NCBI GenBank assembly: GCA_051362555.1
Contig: CM120641.1
Span: 33,920,401-33,984,400, forward strand
Origin: Lingula anatina
Lineage: Eukaryota > Animalia > Brachiopoda
Reading direction: 5' to 3'
DNA length: 64,000 bases
Part shown: positions 57,924-64,000 of the stretch, in pieces
How positions within the stretch are numbered: position 1 is the stretch's first letter
Layout of the letters: every line of letters begins with the position of its first letter
Made by a program: the position numbers and the translations under genes
The notes under the pieces: model-generated
The model's database searches: none
Told to the model about the DNA's origin: nothing
The model's input: the letters and a program-made list of their open reading frames with translations, nothing else

Positions 57924-59175
57924 TAAGACTATTCATGGGGCTGTCAACAACAGAACTGGTTGACTTTTCAGCTATGTGATTTTAGGAGGTGAAAGGTAAG
58001 CAGAAGATTGGAATGCCCCTGTATTTCAATGGAGGTGTGAGCTGAAAGTCATTTTACAGTTATGTGCACCTCTATTTTTCATGCATTAATGGGCACAAAC
58101 AGTACATGTATTCTGTACATATCTCAAACTGTAAATAGAAGTGTTAACTCATTAAACTTTGTGCTACCTTGTTCAGTAAAACCAACTGACATCTTATCTA
58201 ACATCTACATCTTATCTAACAACTGTTATATGGAATAGATAAAGAAACGGAATGAATTAATAAATATAATATAAAAAAATAAACATGGATACTACGTAAT
58301 CACACAGGGAGTAGAGACTTTCATCAAAGCAACTTAACCCCAATTACTAATTAATTAATTAATTTGCTAATCAATATTAATGGGACAGCTCTAAAATCTA
58401 AACAATTTCAAGTTGGCCCATTTCTAACTGATCTTTAAATTTTATCAAAATCCTGAACAGAATACTTTTTAAGTTAAGCTGTTTCAACTTACTAGTTAAT
58501 GGTACCAAAACAAACAACGAAGGCAAAACATACCTTATAAAAATAAGTCATATATATATATTAATTATTTGGACTACTTGCCTCAGTATCAGATATTTCT
58601 CTACCCGTGTTATTAGTAAAGCCTTACACTAAGGCAGAGAGAATACCTAGGCTAGCTCTACCTCTTCCAGTTTAATACAACTGCACAACAGTAGAAGACT
58701 AGTCTATATAGTACTAGTAAATTAGTCGCCTCTACTAAAAATCGTTTTTTCATAGTATCGGCGTGCCGCAAATGACGTACCTCTTTGACACCGAGTATGT
58801 ACAGTATCCACAATTTGCTCTAGAGTTTAAACATACAACAAATATCTACATTTACCTCAAAGTACGCATGTTTCTGTCACACGGCATTTGCGGTCTTACT
58901 GGTGCAGTTACTGCATCGGTCATTGACACCAAGATATCCTTTCAAAACCGTACGCTGCAAATGTGGGACAAGATGGGTAAAACTTATTTTCAAAAACTTA
59001 ACAATTGCGAGGTATAAATATCAGCAAGTGTTCACATTTTAGTGTTTGTATCAATGAAATGTTTAATTGTTGCGTATAATACATGTGCAGTTAATTATTT
59101 CAGGTTAAAAGTTTGCGACTTCCTCCATAAGGTAATCAGTCTCGGGAAATATCGTGGCATCACGTGCACACCACA

Positions 59176-59514
59176 ATGGCGGAAGCAGAAGAGGAAGCTT
59201 TGGAAATATTATTGAGTATGCTCTTTTTCGTTGGACTTAAAACTGTTTAGAGAGTTAAAGCGACTGTTGGTCGAATTTCACAATCTTCTCATTTAACATA
59301 ACGTTAGTTTGTTCAATGTTATTGTCATTTTAAAACATTTCTGAAACGCCCACCATGAAGTCCACGAAGCTATTTCATATCCTTTCGTTTACAGCATTGC
59401 AATCTCTTCATTATATATACCGCATTTTTTACCATGATATTTGGCCATACGTTAAAAAAGCAAAGCTTATTGCTGCTCGACAAGCAACCTGATCGAAAAG
59501 TGGAGTTTTTGTGT

Positions 59515-59550
<36 letters not shown>

Positions 59551-62500
59551 GAGGGAGGAGGGGAGACTTTAGCACAGCAAGAACATGGAAATTATCATTT
59601 CTTACCATCTGTATTGCACATTAGATAAAATCTGCTGTCACAACATTATAATCCTATCATGGTAGGCAAATGCCTGCAAGTGCTGATTTTTAAAATCATA
59701 TATTTAACTTCACCTAAATTGCCAGTGAGCTGTTAACAATGTTAATATATTCTTTCACATGATATCACCCTATTTTCTTTTGAATGGCTGTTTCCAGTGT
59801 TTACTCACAACCAGAGTCATTTTATAAAGTACATTGTGCTGAGTTACTTTGTATTGTGCTATATTGTGCTTTTTAGTATGACTGCATTATTAAGCATTTG
59901 TTTCAACATTTGCTCCTTTATTTCCCCCGTAACATGGAAAATTATTCCTTTCCTTTCCACTAATTTTCACCATGATGAAAACTGTCATGATTTTGATAGC
60001 AGTTGTGCCTGAAATAAGTAAAGATGAGATAATTCAATGTAAAACTAATCATGAGGTTTACCCTAAATAAGTCTGTACTTTATTTCAGTTCACTGTTTAC
60101 TTATTGTTTTCATTTAAAATGGGTTTATGGATCATGATTCTGTGGCAAGGGAGAAGTGAAGAAATTTCCAGAAAAATTATATTTGGCTGCAAATTATATT
60201 TGTTGCAAAATAGCAGCTTCCCAGTGGAAATTTCTGAAATTCTGTTCCACCCAATAAAATTTTTGTTGTTAAAGCCATCAGTACATTTTTTTTTGTGTGT
60301 GTGTTTTAAAGATATTTATATGTTTTGTGTTTAAATGATAGTACTTAAGACATGGATGGAACTGTCCCCTTCATAATCCCTCAAAAATGACAGCCTCATA
60401 GATTCAAGAAGTTTATTTCATATAAAGACCAGAAATATTGCTCATATGTCCAATAGGTAGTTTGTAAGTTTTTCAACATCAGTAACTGTAAGTTATGATG
60501 CCCAAGACTACAAAACTTCACACTGGGTTGCTATTTTAACCTTTTTCTGTTTCATTTTTGCACTGATCATGTAGATCCTTAAATATATTCTATTTATTAG
60601 ATAAAAAAAAAAAAATATGGCAATATTGGTCATGAGTATTGTTTGTCTTTCAACAGACAAGGCTACCAGTCCTCTAAACAGGGAGGTTGAAGTAGACTTT
60701 ATGAATGGGTTCTGTGACCAGGTGAACCAGGAACTAGATGGTCCCATGACCGCTGTGAGGCTGTTGGCACATAAAATACAGTCTCCACAAGAAAGAGAAG
60801 CTCTCTATGCTCTGACAGTAAGTTACTGACATTTTTCCATGAAAAACATTGCTTTCATGTAGCTATGTTACTCTTACCTGGTAGAGTATTATATAGTTTC
60901 TACGTTGGCACAAAGTTCACTTTGCTGACATTTTCCTCATCAAATTTAGTTATAATTTCATGGAGAGGAAACTCATTAATGTATAGTTTCTTTTCCAAGT
61001 AGAAAGGTTTCCAGCTTTTGCCAGAGCAAATGTTTTGATCCATCTAGTGGGTCATGTCACAGAAGAGAAAAAAAAAGTAATACTGGACTAATGTTGTAAT
61101 GCAGCAATGATCCAACATTGTGCCTGGCACCACTGAGCTTCAACAGGGAAATGAGTGCCAATGGCCTGATGGGCAGACCAAGTGACAGGTCAGAGGGCTG
61201 GGTATATGCTCGAGGGCCTGTTTCCAGATATGGGAGAGATTAAATCTCGGTTCTAGTGTCCTATATTTCATATATGGGTCAGGAGCCTAAGGAGATACCT
61301 AGCCAACTGACCCGTCATGTGCCCAGCCCCTCAGGTCACTAACACTTGTACATCATATGGTCACTATTAGATTTAATTATTTTCTCTTCTGTGATTTTGG
61401 CAATATTCTTTTATTTCTTTTAGTATGAGCTCAGGAAGTGATTAATTTTTTTTATATGTCAACATCTTAAGTTATGAATATTGCAATTTTTGTTACATTA
61501 ACAAGTGTCTTTTATTTGCTCAACATTTCAGGTTTTAGAAGCATGTGTAAAAAATTGTGGCAAGAGGTTTCACCAAGAAATTGGGAAGTTCAGATTTTTG
61601 AATGAATTGATTAAAGTTGTTTCTCCAAAGGTGAGCATTAAATTTGAATCTTTTTATATCATGTCAGAAAAATAAAAGTTCTCTTATAAATTTGGCTTTG
61701 CCTCCTTTAAAAATAAGATTTAAATGTAGCAGATAATTACTCATTTGTGCCCTTGTAGGACCATCTATTTATAATTTTATTATTGAAATGGCTGTATGCT
61801 GAATCTAAAAGTATGCACTGTTAAGAAATGTTTTCTTTTTATGCAGTATTTAGGTACAAAGACGACAGATAAAGTCAAAACAAAATGTATTGAATTAATA
61901 TACAGCTGGACAGTTGGACTGCGACATGAAGCAAAAATATCAGAAGCATACGAGATGTTAAAAAGACAGGGGATTGTGAAAGAAGATCCTGTATATATTG
62001 ACAAGGAGGTATGTTTGAAAGGTTTTGATTGAATGATGAGTGCAGTTCAATAGTATTTACTGTATGTAATTGATGGAAAAAGCACTGGTTTGTACTGATG
62101 AAAATCAATTAGATCAAAGTTTGATACATGTTGCTACAGTTCCTTATATTACAAATCTTTTTTATCCCTTTTTTTAATTATTTTCAAGATTAATGCCTAT
62201 TTAAGATGTTTTATGTTATTTTGTATATCAACTACTTTTGAATTTTTGTCTGTGATTTCATTACTCACCAAAATTGGTTTCTTTTGCCTTTCTCTCAACT
62301 GTAGGCCATTTACACAATTGTGAATAGAGCTCAATATTTTTATTTTATGTGACTTGAGATTTAGAGCATTGGCATTAATTGACATATACGACTTACTTTG
62401 TTTATCTTGATGCATTTGTCTCTTTGACAAATACATTGGCTGTGATATATGAAATGTAAAAATGTGATTTGTACTTTTTTGTTGTGAAATGGGTATTATT

Positions 62501-63863
62501 GCATGAGGTTTTATTTTTCTTTAATTTTTATAAATCATTCATATTTATGCAATGTTAAAAATACTTAACACATTGGTATACATGAAAATAAAAGTGACAT
62601 TGTTGATATACATTTGGCAATCAACTTGAAAATGGAAAACCATATATGACATGTATTTCAGTAGTGATTTTATTCAATTTAGGATATTCCTGTTCCACCA
62701 CCAAGACCACATAATAGCATATTCGATGATGAGGAAAAGTCTAAGGTAAGATTTCTGTGGCATTTTTTTAAGCTTAATTTTTATTTCCTTTTTCTATTCC
62801 ATGCAAATAATAAGGGTCTATCATCATCTGTCCATTTGAACCACACGATAGGACAAAATTATTATTATTTATTACATTCCGATTTTTTAACTAAAGCAAT
62901 TTTGAAGACTTACGGATAAATAGTGGGAACTTTTTATTAAGCTTTTGTTTTGCTAATTCTTATAAAATGTCACATAGTTACCAGGTTGTCTTTTCCCTGA
63001 GTTGTGCACCTGGATTCTATAAACCCTTTGTTCTCGTCAAGCCAAATAACAAAAATGACATTGGTTTGTGTTTAGCTGTTATCTAGGCTGCTGTCAAGTA
63101 AACATCCCGAGGATCTCCAGGCTGCTAACAGACTCATAAAAAACATGGTAAAACAGGTGAGGTTTTTGAAAGAAATGGAACACTGCAAATATCTATTGTA
63201 TGCCAGATCATATTTATGTAATTTAATCATAGTACATCTTTAAATGATTGTGCATTTTGTTTGTGCTGAAAAATTGAGAAGATGAGAATTAAGTGTAAAT
63301 TGAGATGATATTTCATTTTTGGTGATTTTTCATTATTCATTTATCAATTTTACAGGATGCTGAAAAAACAGAAAAGAAGGCTAGGAGACATACAGAATTA
63401 GAAACTGTAAACAATAATGTAAAACTCCTGGGAGATATGTTATCACATTATAAACCAGGAGAGGGAACAGCATCAGATATAGAAATAATGAAGGTAATAC
63501 AAATAATTATCTGTAATAAAAACAAAATAAAACAATACAGAAATGGAAAAAAAAAGAAAGATTTTGTTAATTCATCATTGTTTTGATAAGGGATTACTTC
63601 CTTTTTTAAAATATTCTGTTCTTATGTGCATCTGACTGCCAGATATTTTAGTGCTATTCCTGAATACCTAATTACAAATGACTGAATTTGAGTATTAAGA
63701 ATAAGATTGGTAATAAGACAAAGGTGTGTTTGATTTTGCTTTGTTCTATAGAATGTATTGCATATCTACTAATTTCAGCAATTGTATGAGACACTTGACA
63801 AACATCGGCCAAATCTTTTCCGTCTTGCAAGTGACGCAGATGAAAAAGACGATGAAGGCATCA
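59176..63863 (+). CDS. GGA: GGA (Golgi-localised, gamma-ear-containing, ARF-binding) adaptor, first 8 exons (VHS and GAT domains); continues beyond the window end
   Basis: Exons 59176-59215, 60657-60817, 61532-61630, 61847-62008, 62683-62745, 63076-63156, 63356-63493, 63779-63863. Translation includes MAEAEEEALEILLNKATSPLNR, AVRLLAHKIQSPQEREALYALTVLEACVKNCGKRFHQEIGKFRFLNELIKVVSPKYLG, IFDDEEKSKLLSRLLSSKHPEDLQAANRLIKNMVKQD and RPNLFRLASD. Confidence 0.95.
59517..59563 (+). repeat. Long poly-G / G-rich tract in GGA intron 1
   Basis: About 33 G followed by GGGAGGAGGGGG-like runs. Confidence 0.9.
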
Positions 63864-64000
63864 GTAAGTCATAGATTAACTATTCAGTCAATTTTGAACA
63901 GCAGATTAAGACAGACTAAGTAAGCTCTTGAAGGCACTTTGTTATCTCTCTTACTGTTCTAGTAACATCATTAATAAATGTCAATTATTGTATATTTAGC

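Noticed and set aside
59517-59563. G-quadruplex regulatory element
   Set aside because: Poly-G runs occur repeatedly in this window and their lengths are error-prone; no evidence of function.

Overview
AT-rich, intron-rich eukaryotic (animal) genomic DNA. The repeat families suggest a marine invertebrate, but that is inference. No prokaryotic system, CRISPR array or RNA gene was seen. Three conserved spliced genes were reconstructed by hand with frame-consistent splice sites: (1) the first four exons of proteasome ATPase Rpt4/PSMC6 (minus strand, runs off the left edge); (2) a complete sulfonylurea-receptor-like ABCC8/9 gene (minus, 33 core coding exons, about 1750 aa) with a GC-AG intron, long linker insertions and a candidate 83-aa cassette exon; (3) the first eight exons of a GGA adaptor (plus, runs off the right edge). 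Between PSMC6 and SUR lies a candidate 4-exon orphan gene of about 227 aa. All its introns are phase 1, it has a BC-box-like micro-exon and a basic NLS-like motif, and it sits downstream of a dense TGACGT array. This is the best candidate for something undescribed. The window also holds many DNA-transposon derivatives: a perfect 427-bp-arm foldback with an 8-bp TSD, a 4.1-kb element with about 0.9-kb repetitive arms and a decayed Cys/His core, a Helentron-type element carrying a 146-bp satellite rich in AGGTCA direct repeats, and several MITE families, one nested inside another. All coordinates were read manually and no database searches were run.
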